From positions 124,186,001 to 124,250,000 of the forward strand of contig NC_086098.1 in assembly GCF_963921235.1 (NCBI RefSeq): DNA of 64,000 bases, written 5' to 3'. Positions 28,050 to 40,078 of the stretch are shown piece by piece. The notes beneath the pieces were generated by a model. The model was given only the letters and a program-made list of their open reading frames with translations. It made no database searches and had not been told where the DNA came from. Positions within the stretch are counted from its first letter, which is position 1. Each line of letters opens with the position of its first letter. The translations under genes and the position numbers were made by a program. The DNA is from Mobula hypostoma (Eukaryota).

Positions 28050-28310
28050 ACCGCGCGGGAAATAAAGCTTTTCCCGCGCAATGTCACCCGTGTCACGTGA
28101 CGCGTTATTCCGCGACGTCATGTGAACGACGTCAGCGGTGCGCGTCAATGTCCGATCAGACCCTGCACAGTTCCACGCCAGTTGCCGTGTGTACACATGC
28201 GCATTCGATTTCCCAGCCGCCGCCTTGCGCTGTCGGCTCTCGAACGTCACTGTGCAGGTGCACCGTCATCGCGCGGGTGCGCCTGCGCTTGCGCGTCGAT
28301 CAGGCCTGTC
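28050..28310 (+). promoter_or_regulatory. SDE2 CpG-island promoter with E2F, E-box, CRE-like and NRF1-like sites
   Basis: GCGCGGGAAA (28053-62) / TTTCCCGCGC (28070-79); GTCACGTGAC (28092-101); GACGTCA (28114-20, 28128-34); TGCGCCTGCGC (28278-88). Confidence 0.8.
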
Positions 28311-28409
28311 ATGGAGGTGTGGGTACGCGGCTGGGGGACCGGCCTGGTGGCTCTAACGCTGCCGCCTGGCTCTTCCAGCCTGGAGCTGAAGCTGCGCTTC
28401 CACCAACAA
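28311..28409 (+). CDS. SDE2: SDE2 exon 1 (UBL N-terminus MEVWVRGWGTGLVALTLPPGSSSLELKLRFHQQ)
   Basis: ATG at 28311 in the CpG island, donor GTGAGT at 28410, 99 nt phase 0, joins exon 2 in frame. Confidence 0.88.
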
Positions 28410-28872
28410 GTGAGTGAGCAGCGGGGGACGGGGCCCAGAATTCGAGCTTGAAATGTCCAGAGTGTCAGCGCCTGGAACGGGGAGGGGCAGCGGGTGTTGG
28501 GATGAATTTTGGTTCGGGGACAACCGGGGAGCAACAGCTGTCTGCACAGGGTGGTGGTTGGTTAAATCAGAGTTTAATATGATAGAGCGTACAGTATGTA
28601 AAATCTTTCTGCGCCGGTAGGGGTATCAGGAGCAAGAGGGTTTAGGGTGAGATCAAAGAGTTTTAAAACTATCTGAGGAGTAAGTTTTTTTCCAAATACA
28701 GAGAGAGGTTATTATCTGGAATTCGTTGCTAGAGGAGATCCAGGTACAATCACTATGATTAAAAGCCATTTAGGTACCTAAATGTACAAGCTGCAGACTA
28801 AAGTGCCTCACAAGTATTTGTTTATGTCGTAGTAGGTACCCGGGATGGGTTATTATGGGTAGTAGTGGAAGC

Positions 28873-30000
28873 CACACACATCAAAGTTGCTGGTGAACGC
28901 AGCAGGCCAGGCAGCATCTCTAGGAAGAGGTATAGTCGACGTTTCAGGCTGAGACCCTTCGTCAGGACTAACTGAAGGAAGAGCTAGTAAGAGAGTTGAA
29001 AGTGGGAGGGGGAGGGGAGATCCAAAATGATAGGAGAAGACAGGAGGGGGAGGGATGGAGCCAAGAACTGGACAGGTGATAGGCAAAAGGGATACGAGAG
29101 GATCATGGGACAGGAGGCCTAGGGAGAAAGACGGGGGGGGGGTGACCCAGAGGATGGGCAAGGGGTATAGTCAGAGGGACAGAGGGAGAAAAAGGAGAGA
29201 GAGAGAAAGAATGTGTGTATAAAAATAAATAACAGATGGGGTACGAGGGGGAGGTGGGGCATTAGCGGAAGTTAGAGAAGTCGATGTTCATGCCATCATC
29301 TGCAGAATTCCTGTTGTTTGCGGAATATAAGGTGTTGTTCCTCCAACCTGAGTGTGGCTTCATCTTTACAGTAGAGGAGGCCGTGGATAGACATGTCAGA
29401 ATGGGAATGGGATGTGGAATTAAAATGTGTGGCCACTGGGAGATCCTGCTTTCTCTAGCGGACAGAGAGTAGGTGTTCAGCAAAGCGGTCTCCCAGTCTG
29501 CATCGGGTCTCGCCAATATATAGAAGGCCACATCGGGAGCACCGGATGCAGTATATTACCCCAGCCGACTCACAGGTGAAGTGTCGTCTCACCTGGAAGG
29601 ACTGTTTGGGGCCCTGAATGGTGGTAAGGGAGGAAGTGTAAGGGCATGTGTAGCACTTGTTCTGCTTACAAGGATAAGTGCCAGGAGGGAGATCAGTGGG
29701 GAGGGATGGGGGGGGGGGAACGAATGGACAAGGGAGTCGCGTAGGGAGCGATCCCTGCAGAAAGCGGAGAGAGGGGGGAGGGAAAGATGTGCTTAGTGGT
29801 GGGATCCCATTGGAGGTGGCGGAAGTTACGGAGAATAATATGTTGGACCCGGAGGTTGGTGGGGTGGTAGGTGAGGACCAGGGGAACCCTATTCCTAGTG
29901 GGGTGGCGGGAGGATGGAGTGAGAGCAGATGTACGTGAAATGGGGGAGATGCGTTTGAGAGCAGATACGTGAAATGGGGGAGATGCGTTTGAGAGCAGAG
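28873..30000 (-). mobile_element. Young Penelope-like element 3' fragment in SDE2 intron 1
   Basis: Near-identical to the 15.1 kb copy over several hundred bp; extends further into the ORF; ~35-bp tandem duplication at its truncated end (29923-30000). Confidence 0.92.
28933..28970 (-). ncRNA. Minimal type I hammerhead ribozyme (PLE-type) with intact catalytic core
   Basis: Minus: UAGUC CUGACGA agggucucagccu GAAA C GUC GACUA; 5-bp stem I, both core boxes, GUC triplet, palindromic ACGU mini stem III. Confidence 0.78.
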
Positions 30001-31299
30001 GTTTGGAGTTTGAGGCTTTCAGATGGACACATGGAGGGATGTGAATGATGCACTGGAAGAGGGCATTTAGTGTAAATTAGCATTAAGATCAGTACAGCAT
30101 TGTGGGCTGAGTGGACTTCGGGGCTGTACAGTTCCATTGTGGGAAAACAAGATTGGGCTTAGGTGGGGAAAAAGGGAGGACACGGATGTGGCCGCCTTCT
30201 GTGTGGTTCTATGCGGTAATACCGAGGAAAGAAAAGTCAAGTTTGACTGATCTCTTGGAGTTTGAAGCAACAAACCATTCTGCTGGAGGAACTCAGCAGG
30301 TTGAGCAACTCCTGTGGGAGAAAATGATTTGTTAATATTTCGGGTTGAAGACCTCGCACCAAGGGCAAATCTGCGTTACTCCCATTTGGTTGCTGTATCC
30401 TTCAAAATCTTTCCCACCCATCCATGAACCTGCCCAAATTTCTTTCAAGTATTGTATTTCTGCCCAGCTCCGCCACTTTCTCTGGTTGCTCAGTCACACC
30501 TACCATCTTACCGATGCCCTTGTGATATGTAAACCTATGGAAGTCACCCTTCGGCCTCCTGTGCTCCTGGCAAAGCTGTTGCAGCCTACCACTCTTTCCT
30601 CAGCTGAAGACTCCAGTCCCATTGTACGTGACAATTGACTGGTTTCCCCAGAAGGGGATTGCCATCATGAATACACTGAGAAAGTGGCAGAGGCAGCCAT
30701 TCTGACAGTATTTAACAAGTATTTGGACGAGCATTTGCATTGCCAAGAGACCTGGCAGGCTACATTTTTAATGCTAGCTAATGGGGTTAGTACAGTTAAG
30801 TGGAAAATGGTCAGCATAAACTTCGTGAGCCGAAGGGACTATTTCACTGGAGAATGATTCTGTGACTTGTTGATATGTAAAATATTCTTGGGTAGTTTAA
30901 CCTGTATACAGGGTGATTGGAGGAGTTCTCCAAATATGGGATAGGCTGTTCACAATGCATTCAATCTTCAAATTCTCAGTCGCAGATCATTCAAATATGA
31001 GATCAACAGGTTTTTGAATACCAAGGAATTAATGGTGCAGGAAAATGGCACTAATGTTGGGTGACTCCAGCTCCCTGCTTCGAATGTTCTGGGTTAGGAG
31101 TGAAGGGAGGAGAGCCAATCCCTGCATCATGAATCTCGGTCCGTGGGAACATGGTGTCTAGGAGCAGGTCGGTGACCTGTGGGAAGGGAGAGTATCAAGG
31201 CCCTGAGAGACACAGAGACCAAAGGAGAGGTGAGCATAGTCCAGGAGACAGATTAGTGGAGTCAAAAGACTTGTTTGTAAAGGATGTTCCCTCTGACTG

Positions 31300-31395
31300 T
31301 TCCACAGCTTTACAGCCAGTGAATTATTTTAACTCCTGTGTTTCAAGTGGCTGTATGTATCTATTTATGTACAGCAAGTTTCTGTAAACAGCAAA
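31300..31395 (-). mobile_element. Old Deu-domain SINE remnant (another on + near 35800-36000)
   Basis: Minus reads ttgctgtttacagaaacttgctgt..ttcactggctgtaaagc, resembling the DeuSINE core from memory. Confidence 0.45.
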
Positions 31396-32236
31396 ATACT
31401 CAGCACGCCAGACAGCATCTGTGGAGCAAGAAGCAGTGTCATTTCAGATTGATGCTTTCCATTTGCAAGCCCGGTGTGTTGGTAGCCAGGGCTGTTATTT
31501 GTCTCAGCATGCAGTTGTGCATACAGATGTTTCTCAGATGCTTCAGGCAGCATTAGAGGTTCAGTTTAGTATCTATTCCAAGCCACAGTAATGGAACAGT
31601 GGCCCACAGTTTTAATGTCCAAATATTTGCGGTGCAATGCAATATGTCCCTTTCCTTTTATAGCAAAGGGTTTTCCAATTAAAACAGCTTGAGTATGCAA
31701 GCCTTATGCATACTATCTTGTGGGAAATGAACTTTCCCAGTGAAGTGTAGCCCTGACACGGGATGTCTCCAAGGATATGTAGCCTGACAATAATTGTAAG
31801 TTTTGGGTCCAAACACTGCAACAGGACTGTGGAGTCCTGTGTGGGGTTTCAACCTGAAACTTTGACAATTCCTTTCCTCCCACAGGTGCTGTTTGACCTG
31901 CTGAATTCCTCCTGCAGAATGTTTGTTATTAACCAAGGAATCCAATGAGAGATTTCTCATTCAAATGTTTTAACAACATCCTCACAGTTTGACATCCTAC
32001 CTGACCCACAGTATGTTCCTCGATCATTCTTTTGTTTAATCTTGTGCCCTCATTCTGTCTCCCCTCCCAGTGTGCCTGATCCATATTCTCTGAACACCCC
32101 CCCCCCCCCCGGCATCTCCCCATCCCTATTGGATTTGTGTCCTCTGCAGTAAATGTGTGTATGTTATAAGCAATGTGAAGGGTATGTATGGGCTCAGCCA
32201 AATGTGATTTATTCCACCTATACTCTCTGAATATAG

Positions 32237-32354
32237 GGCTTCCCTGCTGCCGATATTTACCTAAAATGTAATGGAAAGCTGGTTGCTGAAGATGCAGACC
32301 TTCATGATGGGGCGGTTTACAGTGTGGAACCGAGACTGGTCGGAGGAAAAGGAG
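32237..32354 (+). CDS. SDE2: SDE2 exon 2 (UBL end with GG|KGG cleavage site)
   Basis: TAG acceptor, GT donor; 118 nt; GFPAADIYLKCNGKLVAEDADLHDGAVYSVEPRLVGGKG. Confidence 0.94.
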
Positions 32355-32829
32355 GTAAAATAGGAGAGTCTGCTGTTTGCATTAGTGTCACTGTTCTTGT
32401 GAGTGGTGAGGTCTTGTGACTCCATAGAAATTATTGTATTAAAGTGATGGGGTGGGGGAGGATGCAATAATAATACCCTCTCCTGTCTAAACTTGATACT
32501 CATCCTTTGGAATTTCATCTGATTCAATCTCTGAACTGCGTGAGTGTTTGGTCTGGCTATGCCAGGTATGGAGCACGAGCTGCTCTTATAAGACTACAAG
32601 TATCTTGTGTGATTTGTAAGGTCATTGTATTATTTCTTGTGTAACAGCACCCAATTCTATTGCCTTATTGCTTAAACAGAGCAATGGCAAAAACAGAGGA
32701 GGCTCTGGCCACCATTTTCTAAATGCCTTTTGCTGCAGATTTTGTCAGAGCACACACTGCTGATGAGGAGCAGTTATGCAAAAAGTGAGGGGAGCAATAA
32801 ATTGAGTAAATCTCATCATGTCTTCAACA

Positions 32830-33260
32830 TGTTGTCTTCTAGTTGCAGGACTCAAAGGCCTGAATAAGAGGGAGATGTTAAGCAGGCTAGAATTCAATTC
32901 CTTGGAGCGTAGGGGATTAAGTGGTGTCCTTGTAGAGGTGTATAAAATCATGAGAGGTATAGATAGGATGAATGCAGACAGACTTTCTGCCAGGGGAAGG
33001 GAACCCAGACCTTGAGGGAATATGTTTAAAGTGGCATGGGAAAGATTTAAAAGGGCCAACATTTTCCCACAAAGGGTTGTGTGTGGGTCAATGGAATGAG
33101 CTGCCAGCGATTGTGGCTGAGGCAGGTACAATAACGACATTTGGAAAGGGAAGATTTAGAGGCACATGGGCCAAACGAATGTAGGCAAATGGGACTAGCT
33201 TGGTTGGCATGGATGAGTTGGGCTGAAGGGCCTGTTTTGCTATGGTATTACTCTGTGACT
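32830..33260 (+). mobile_element. CR1 LINE 3' end
   Basis: SLERRGLSGVLVEVYKIMRGIDRMNA peptide and CR1 tail ttgggctgaagggcctgttt. Confidence 0.8.
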
Positions 33261-34261
33261 CATTTGTGGGCATGAATGCCTTCTAGTTAAAGCATAACTC
33301 ACCATTTAAAGAATCGATGTTGATAAAGGACAGTCAGCCAAAGGACCATCATAGCTTGACAATAGATTATTTTAAAGTTAATAAGGATACACATTTTGGT
33401 GAGTATATTTTAGTTTTTTCAAGGTTTTGCATATCACATTGATCAGTAAAGTAAAAACCCAAAGGGTAAGACCCATTTGGGTTAAAAAAAAATCGTCTCA
33501 GTGACAGAAAGCAGAGAAGTAAAGTTGACAGACCGCCAGTCAAAGAAACAGTTTCAGTGTCAGTTAGTTATTATGGTCAGCACGGACCTCATGGGCCAGA
33601 AGGCCTGATCCTGTGCTGTCCTATGTTCTATTACGTTCCACATTACGAGTTACAATTGGCTGTGGGAGCTATGAGAAAGGAGTTTATAGATGATCCCAAA
33701 ATTGGCTATATGGTTGATAATTAAAGGGAACGTGGGAGATTGCAGGAAGATATCAGTGGCTAGGTAGACAAGTGGCAACTGGAGTTCAGTGTGAATGTAT
33801 TTGTCGGATGCAAGCAAGGCTAGAGAATACACAGGCAGAGAAGTCCTGGAGTTCATTTGCCCCTGATGATAATACAAATGGTAAATGGGGTCATTAAAGT
33901 AAGAGATGTTTCTCTTTCTAGCCAAGGCAAAGAGTACAAGAACCGTGAGATCATGCTGGATTACTGGAAGCATGAGAGACAGGGCAGAAGGGGGTTGTAG
34001 GAATGTTCCCAGGAGCTGAGGATCTTTGGTTATGAACAGAAAGACATTCCTCACATTTCCCTTGACGTAGCAGTCAATTAACAAGTCCAGATTTAAGGTA
34101 ATTGAAAGACATAATGAGGAATGCTAATGGAAATGATTTCACAAGAAGGTGGTGATCTAGAACTCTCTGCTTGAAAGCTAGGTAGAGGCAGAAATGCACA
34201 TCTGGAAGAGGAGTGAAACTATCGGGTTATCAGCTCAGTTCAGAAATGCGATTGGGCTGCA

Positions 34262-34480
34262 TAACACATTCATTATGCTGGAGGAACTCAGCAGCCAGGC
34301 AGCATCTGTGGAAAAGGGTAAACAATTGACGGTTTGGGCCAAGCCAGTTCATTAATGAAGGGTCTCAGTCCAAAACATCGACTGTACTCTTTTCCATTGG
34401 TGCTGCCTGGCCTAAGTTTCTCCAGCATTTTGTGTGTGTTGCTTGGATTTCCAGCATCTGCAGCTTTTCTGTTGTTTATG
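34262..34480. mobile_element. Fold-back element made of two opposed PLE termini (similar at ~6570-6745 and ~49085-49290)
   Basis: Left arm atgctggaggaactcagc..gcagcatctgtggaaaag is the reverse complement of right arm cttttccattggtgctgc..tccagcat; degenerate hammerheads at the centre. Confidence 0.72.
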
Positions 34481-34614
34481 AGTAGTTCTTTTTTTGACTG
34501 TAATGGACTAGATCATCTCCAGCAGTGATGTAAATCTTTAACTGATTGAATAGCAGTGTGAGTACTAGTAGGACCTTCAGCTTTTATAACATTTTCGGCC
34601 TTTGCATTCTGCAG

Positions 34615-34726
34615 GTTTCGGGTCAATGCTTCGTGCACTGGGAGCACAGATCGAGAAAACTACAAATCGAGAGGCATGCCGAGATTTGAGTGGAAGGAGG
34701 CTGCGGGATGTAAACCATGAAAAAGC
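34615..34726 (+). CDS. SDE2: SDE2 exon 3 (SDE2 domain)
   Basis: CAG acceptor, GTAAGG donor; 112 nt; [38 protein letters not shown], the SDE2 signature. Confidence 0.97.
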
Positions 34727-36377
34727 GTAAGGCTTTCTGTTGAGAGCTTGCTCTCGGTCTTAGTCTCAGACGCAGATTAGTTTATTGTCATTTATACGCA
34801 CAGTGTGATGAATTTGCTTGCTTACATGTTCAGAGACTAAATGTTATACATGATAACAAATATGACAATGCATTGTAGTACATAAGAAATGCTGAAGTGA
34901 CAACAGATTAGCTGAGAGAGAGAAGCCAGAGAGTGGTAGCACCCCCAGGGAGGGGATGTGATAGAGATGATTGGTTCAGGAGTCTGCAGTGGGAAAGAAG
35001 CTGTTCTTGAATCTGGTAGTCCAGATTTCCTCTGTGACAGTTTTGCCAGACATGAAAGAGCCATCTTAGACTCCACTGATGATACCGTGACAGGTGGGTG
35101 AGATCAGCTTGCCATTTCCTGTCCATTCATGTGAACTGACTGGCCTTGAAGTGGCACCTTGCTGGTTGATTTTACAGGACTTGACTCAGTTCTCACAGCT
35201 GAAGATACTTGGGTGGAGGAGAAAGCACCTCCACTTGGCTCATTGCGATGACATCTTGTGTCACTGAGCAGTGAACAATTGTTGAGAAGGTTTGGGCAGG
35301 AGTACAAGTGGAGTTCATCTGGTGAACTGATTAACTGCTTTTTGTGAACTAATCAAGATGAATATCCATGAATTGAACTGATGTACTTGCCTCTGTTCAG
35401 TGAAGAGCTTGTTGCCTGTTAGTCCTCATTATCTACTGGCTAGGAAGAAATTGGGTTTTGACTTAAGAAACTTACCAAGATGAAGTAAAAACAAAAATTC
35501 TGGAAGTACTCCGCACTTGTAGAACAAGAAACCGATGCTTCGGATCAAAAACCTTGATTTCCAACATCTATGGGTCTTTGGGCAACACTGACTGGTATGA
35601 GTTGACTAAGGTCAGTCATTGTTGCCCCTAGAAGCACTCTTTGAGTCAGAGTCGCAAGAGATTCTGCGGATGCTGACAATGTAGAGCAACACACACAAAA
35701 TGAAGGGTCTTGGCCCGAAACATCGACTGTTTATTCCCTTCCATAGATGCTGCCTGACTTGCCAAGTTCCTCCAGCATTTTGTGTTGAAGTCATAACCTC
35801 TCACTCTGCACTTGACATATCTCAGGTTCCATGCCAGTACAATGCTGTGGAATGACTGTTTTTAATAGGTCATAAAACCAATGCCTTTCTTTGAAGATTC
35901 CTTGGTCACCTGGACATCAGTATAAATGTTATTTAGTCATTACTTCACTGCTGTTTGCAGGAGCTTGCTGCATGATAATTAGTTTCATGTTTGCTATGGT
36001 GAAGAAATAATTGAGTTGACACTTCAGGTTGCTATGAAGTGCTGTTGGTTATCCAAGTACCGAAAAAACATGATGGGCTTTCTTCTGAAGTTTACAGCGT
36101 TTATTGCTTGTTGTTAAGCAGCTTTGCTACATTACTTGTCTACCTGACCAAGGAAGAAGCAGGAGAGGTGATAGTTGATAAGATAGCTGATAGGTTTATA
36201 GTCATGTATAGCTTGTCCCTGGGTTCTGAGACACCATACATATGAATGCATTCACATAATATTGTTAAATTCAAAAGTCCAACTAAGCTGAGTGATACTT
36301 GTGTATATTTCCAACTTGTGGGCAAAATGAACTTGACCATGGACAGCCTATTACGGACTGCGTCTGCTTTTGTGCAG

Positions 36378-36547
36378 AATGGCTGAATGGATAAAGAAGC
36401 AGGCAGAGCGGGAGACAGAGAAAGAGCAGAGGCGTCTGGAACGATTGCAACGCAGGCTCGCCGAGCCCAAGCACTACTTCACTGACCCACAGTACGAGCA
36501 GCAGCTGGACGAGATGTCAGAGCGACTAGAGGACTCTGTGCTTAAAG
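36378..36547 (+). CDS. SDE2: SDE2 exon 4 (coiled coil)
   Basis: 170 nt; [56 protein letters not shown]. Confidence 0.96.
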
Positions 36548-37132
36548 GTATAGTTGTGTTCGCCTAATCTTGATCTGGAATATTTGCTGTTTGCAAATCA
36601 GCTGCGCTATTTCCCGTGTCACAGCTGTAGCCAGAGAACTCCTCGCCTGTAGTGTGCCAGGTCATAAGGTTGTGAAAGGCAGTATCAAAATGACTATCGT
36701 GGGCAATGTTCAGTTTATGGTACCAAAACATTGAAGATTGATTTGACAACCTGGCTGTGTTTTTGGGGACTGAAGCTTCCCTTTCTGCCAGCGGAGCTCC
36801 CTAAAAGTGCTCCAGATCAGCCTGCCATTACTTCAGCCCTGGCCATCGTGGGTTGAAATGCGTGAGCAGTGATCTAGGAGTTGCGTTGTCTTGCAGCCAT
36901 ATGATTCTGAGCTGCTGTGCAATACAGACTAGTTAATCAGCAGTATTTAATGCTTTCAGGGACAGTAATTTAGCTTCACCAAATGTTCATAAACCCTAAG
37001 GAACTTTTCTAATAGGTTGTCTACCACTTAAAAAGCGAGGCTATTTTTTTCCTGCATTACCCACGTAGATAATTCTTGGAAAGTCAAACTGGCATTGTGT
37101 GAGGTATCTTTAAATTCTGTATTTCTCTTGAG

Positions 37133-37241
37133 GTTTGCAAGCATCATCAAGTGATGTGGTGGCAGTGGAGAGTGGAAGTCAAAAACGTGCATATCCAGGC
37201 GCACACAAGGTGGCCACAGAAGGAAAGAAAAAATGTCTCTG
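37133..37241 (+). CDS. SDE2: SDE2 exon 5
   Basis: 109 nt, phases 1/2 match neighbours; GLQASSSDVVAVESGSQKRAYPGAHKVATEGKKKCLW; acceptor is tttctcttGAG. Confidence 0.88.
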
Positions 37242-38656
37242 GTAAAGAAAGACTTATTCTGAGCTTCGTTTTGTCATTTTGTGTTCAAAACTTGTTTGCT
37301 GATATTATTTGACAATTTTCTCCTTGATATCGATGGTACTGTGAATGCCCTCAACTTTGGATCCAATTTTTTTCCAGTTTTGGAGGGCGAGGGGGCATGG
37401 TGAGCATCTTGATCCCAGCCTTTGTGTTGTGTTATATGTACAGAGATTTATTTGCCACACGCCTCTGTGCTGTTTAGCATAGTAAGCTGAAGCAGCAGGA
37501 TGCTGCTATGATATTTTACAGGGTCGTGGAGGGTTATAGAGAAAAAACAGGTCATTCATCTCAACTAATCTATGCCATTCAAGTATTCTTCCTTAACTAG
37601 TCCTATCTGCCTGTGTTTGGCTCATATCCCTCATTTTGATCCGGCTACCCGTGTAAATGTCCTTTGAACTTTGTACTTGTGTCCATATCTACCACTTTCT
37701 CTAGCAGCTTAGTGAATCTTGTAGCAACAAAGACTGCCATTCATTCTATTATATTTGTAGAGTCGTTTTGACAGATTTGTCGTATTTATTCTGAAATCAG
37801 CTTTTTACCCCATAAGTCTGTGTTAGTCTTAAATTTATAGTTGTCTTTTGGACATCCTATTGGACTTAATTCTTCCTCAATCTCGGTATTATATTCCAGA
37901 ACTAAATTCGCATCCTTTTTGAACAAATTTCTCCTCACTTCCCTCTGGTTTTTGTAACTATCTTAAACCTGTGCTTACAAGAGTGTTTTCTTGTGTTTTC
38001 TCTAACAAAGGCATCGTAACTTGGAAAAACTCTGTAAATCTCCTCTTAACCTTCCACTGTTGAAGGAAAAACTCCCAGTTGCTTTGTTCTTTCCACTTAA
38101 CCACCAGGCCCTCACCTTTGGTATCGTTCTGGTAAACTCACACCAGAACAATGTTGTTCTCCCTGCAGTACAATGGCGGAAGATTTCTGTTACGCCATAT
38201 TGAAAGAGGTAACTGTGAGACTACATTTGAGAAAATCCTTTCACGTTTTCTGCTTCTCTTGTTTCTGATTTAGTATTTGTATATTATTCAAGCCCCACAA
38301 TTGGCAGGAAACAAACTTTGCTAGATTCTTGCTCCTTTGGCCCTGCCCTGTTAAGGATGCAGTCAACCTGGGCAAAGATGCTTTGTGGTCCTATATTAGA
38401 ATGCCCATGGTGCATTGAACCAGGTAGGAGCAATGCATGGGAAGATATTGGTATCCACAAACTACACTGAACAAGGCCAGAAAATCAGGAAGGTTAAAAC
38501 TGAACCTAATTTATATTGATTGACTGTTTCTAAAATTGTGTCAGTAAACAAACAGTGACTAACATTCAAGTAATGAATGCATAGTTGAAACAGCACACAA
38601 AAAATCAGGGAAATGGTTCAACAATAGCTAATAGAAGATACAGGGATGTACTAAGT

Positions 38657-38736
38657 CAGGGGTTCCCAACCTTTCTTTATGCCATGGTCCGTACCATTAA
38701 GCAAGAGGTCCATGGACCCCAGGTTGGCAACCCCTG
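38657..38736. mobile_element. 80-bp hAT/Charlie-like MITE
   Basis: TIRs CAGGGGTTCCCAACCT / AGGTTGGCAACCCCTG (1 mismatch); no TSD recognisable. Confidence 0.7.
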
Positions 38737-38999
38737 AAGGATAACTTGTTTTGCCAATGTGGTCAACTAGCCTGAATATTCAAAATGATTCTGATTATGG
38801 CCAAAGTAGTCAAAGCTTCCAAAGGTACATTTAATGTCAGAGAACCATATATAATATACATTCTGAAATGCTCTTTCTTGGTCCCAAGACATTTCATAAG
38901 GGAAAATAAATTATGAACTTTAATCTGGTGAGAAACTTAAAAATAGATTGGAAAAAGCCTCTAAGCTGTGCAAGAATGGGAAGGTTAGAGAAAGTCTTG

Positions 39000-40078
39000 G
39001 TTTGCTATCATCTCTCAGACATCTCCACTCAGCCCATCTTCCCGCCACCATAACAGGGATAGAGTTCCCCTTGTTCTTACCTACCAACCCATGAGTCTTG
39101 TCATCCAGCACATGATTCTCTGGAACTTCCACCATCTTCAATGGGATCCTGACATTAAACACATCTTTACCTCCACCCCACTGTCCATTTTCCGCAGGGA
39201 TCGCTCTGTCCATGACACTCTTGTCCATTTGTCCCTCGCCACTGATTTCCCTCCTGGCACTTAACCCTGCAAGTGTGACAATTGCTACAGCTGCCCGTAC
39301 ACTTACTGTCTCACCGCCATTCAGGGCCTCAAACAGACCTTCCAGCTGAGGCACCAATTCACCTGCAAGTTTGTCATGATTATCTACTATACTCAGTGCT
39401 CCTGTTGTGACCTCCTCAACATCGGAGAGACCTGCAGTAGGTTGGGGGGCTGTTTTGTCAAGCAGTTTTGCTCCTACCATCACAATAGGTGAGATTTCTC
39501 TGTGGCCACTTATTTTAATCCTGCTTCCCATGCTGACATGTCGATTCATGGCCTCCTCTACTGCCATGGATAAGGCCACTTGAGGGTTGGAGGAGCAACA
39601 ACTGCTATTTCACCTGGGTAGCCTGATGACATGTACATTGAATTCTCCAACTTGCAGTAATTTCTCTTTCCACCCCTCCCCCCTTTTTTTCCAAACCCAT
39701 TCTGGCTCCTCTTACCCCTTGTCACCTGTCATCACCTCCCTCTAATGCCCATGCTCCTTTTCTCCCATGATTCATTCTCCTTTGCTATCAGCTTTCTTCT
39801 TCAGCCCATTACCTTCTCTACCTATCACATCCCAACTTTGTACTTCATTCTTTCCCTCCCCACCCACACACCTTCCCTTTCACCTGGCTTAACCTATCAC
39901 CTACCAGTTTCCCCTCCCCGCCACCACCTTATTCTGGCTTTCCCTGTCCTGATGAAGAGTCTTAGCCCAAAATGTTGAGTAGTATTCCTTTCCATAGATG
40001 CTGCCTGACCTGCTGAGTTACCCCAGCATTTTGTGTATGTTGCTGTGGGTTTCCAGCATCTGCATAATCTCGTGTTTA
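39000..40078 (+). mobile_element. Decayed Penelope-like element 3' part in SDE2 intron 5
   Basis: Reverse-complement homology to the 15.1/28.9 kb copies; mutated hammerhead motif 39945-39980; PLE terminal ccagcatctgc. Confidence 0.85.

Noticed and set aside
27771-28620. Several overlapping ORFs at the SDE2 promoter (and 25029-25517)
   Set aside because: GC-rich CpG-island artefacts; only 28311-28409 fits a spliced gene.
38920-39579. 219-aa minus-strand ORF
   Set aside because: Antisense reading of a decayed Penelope fragment.
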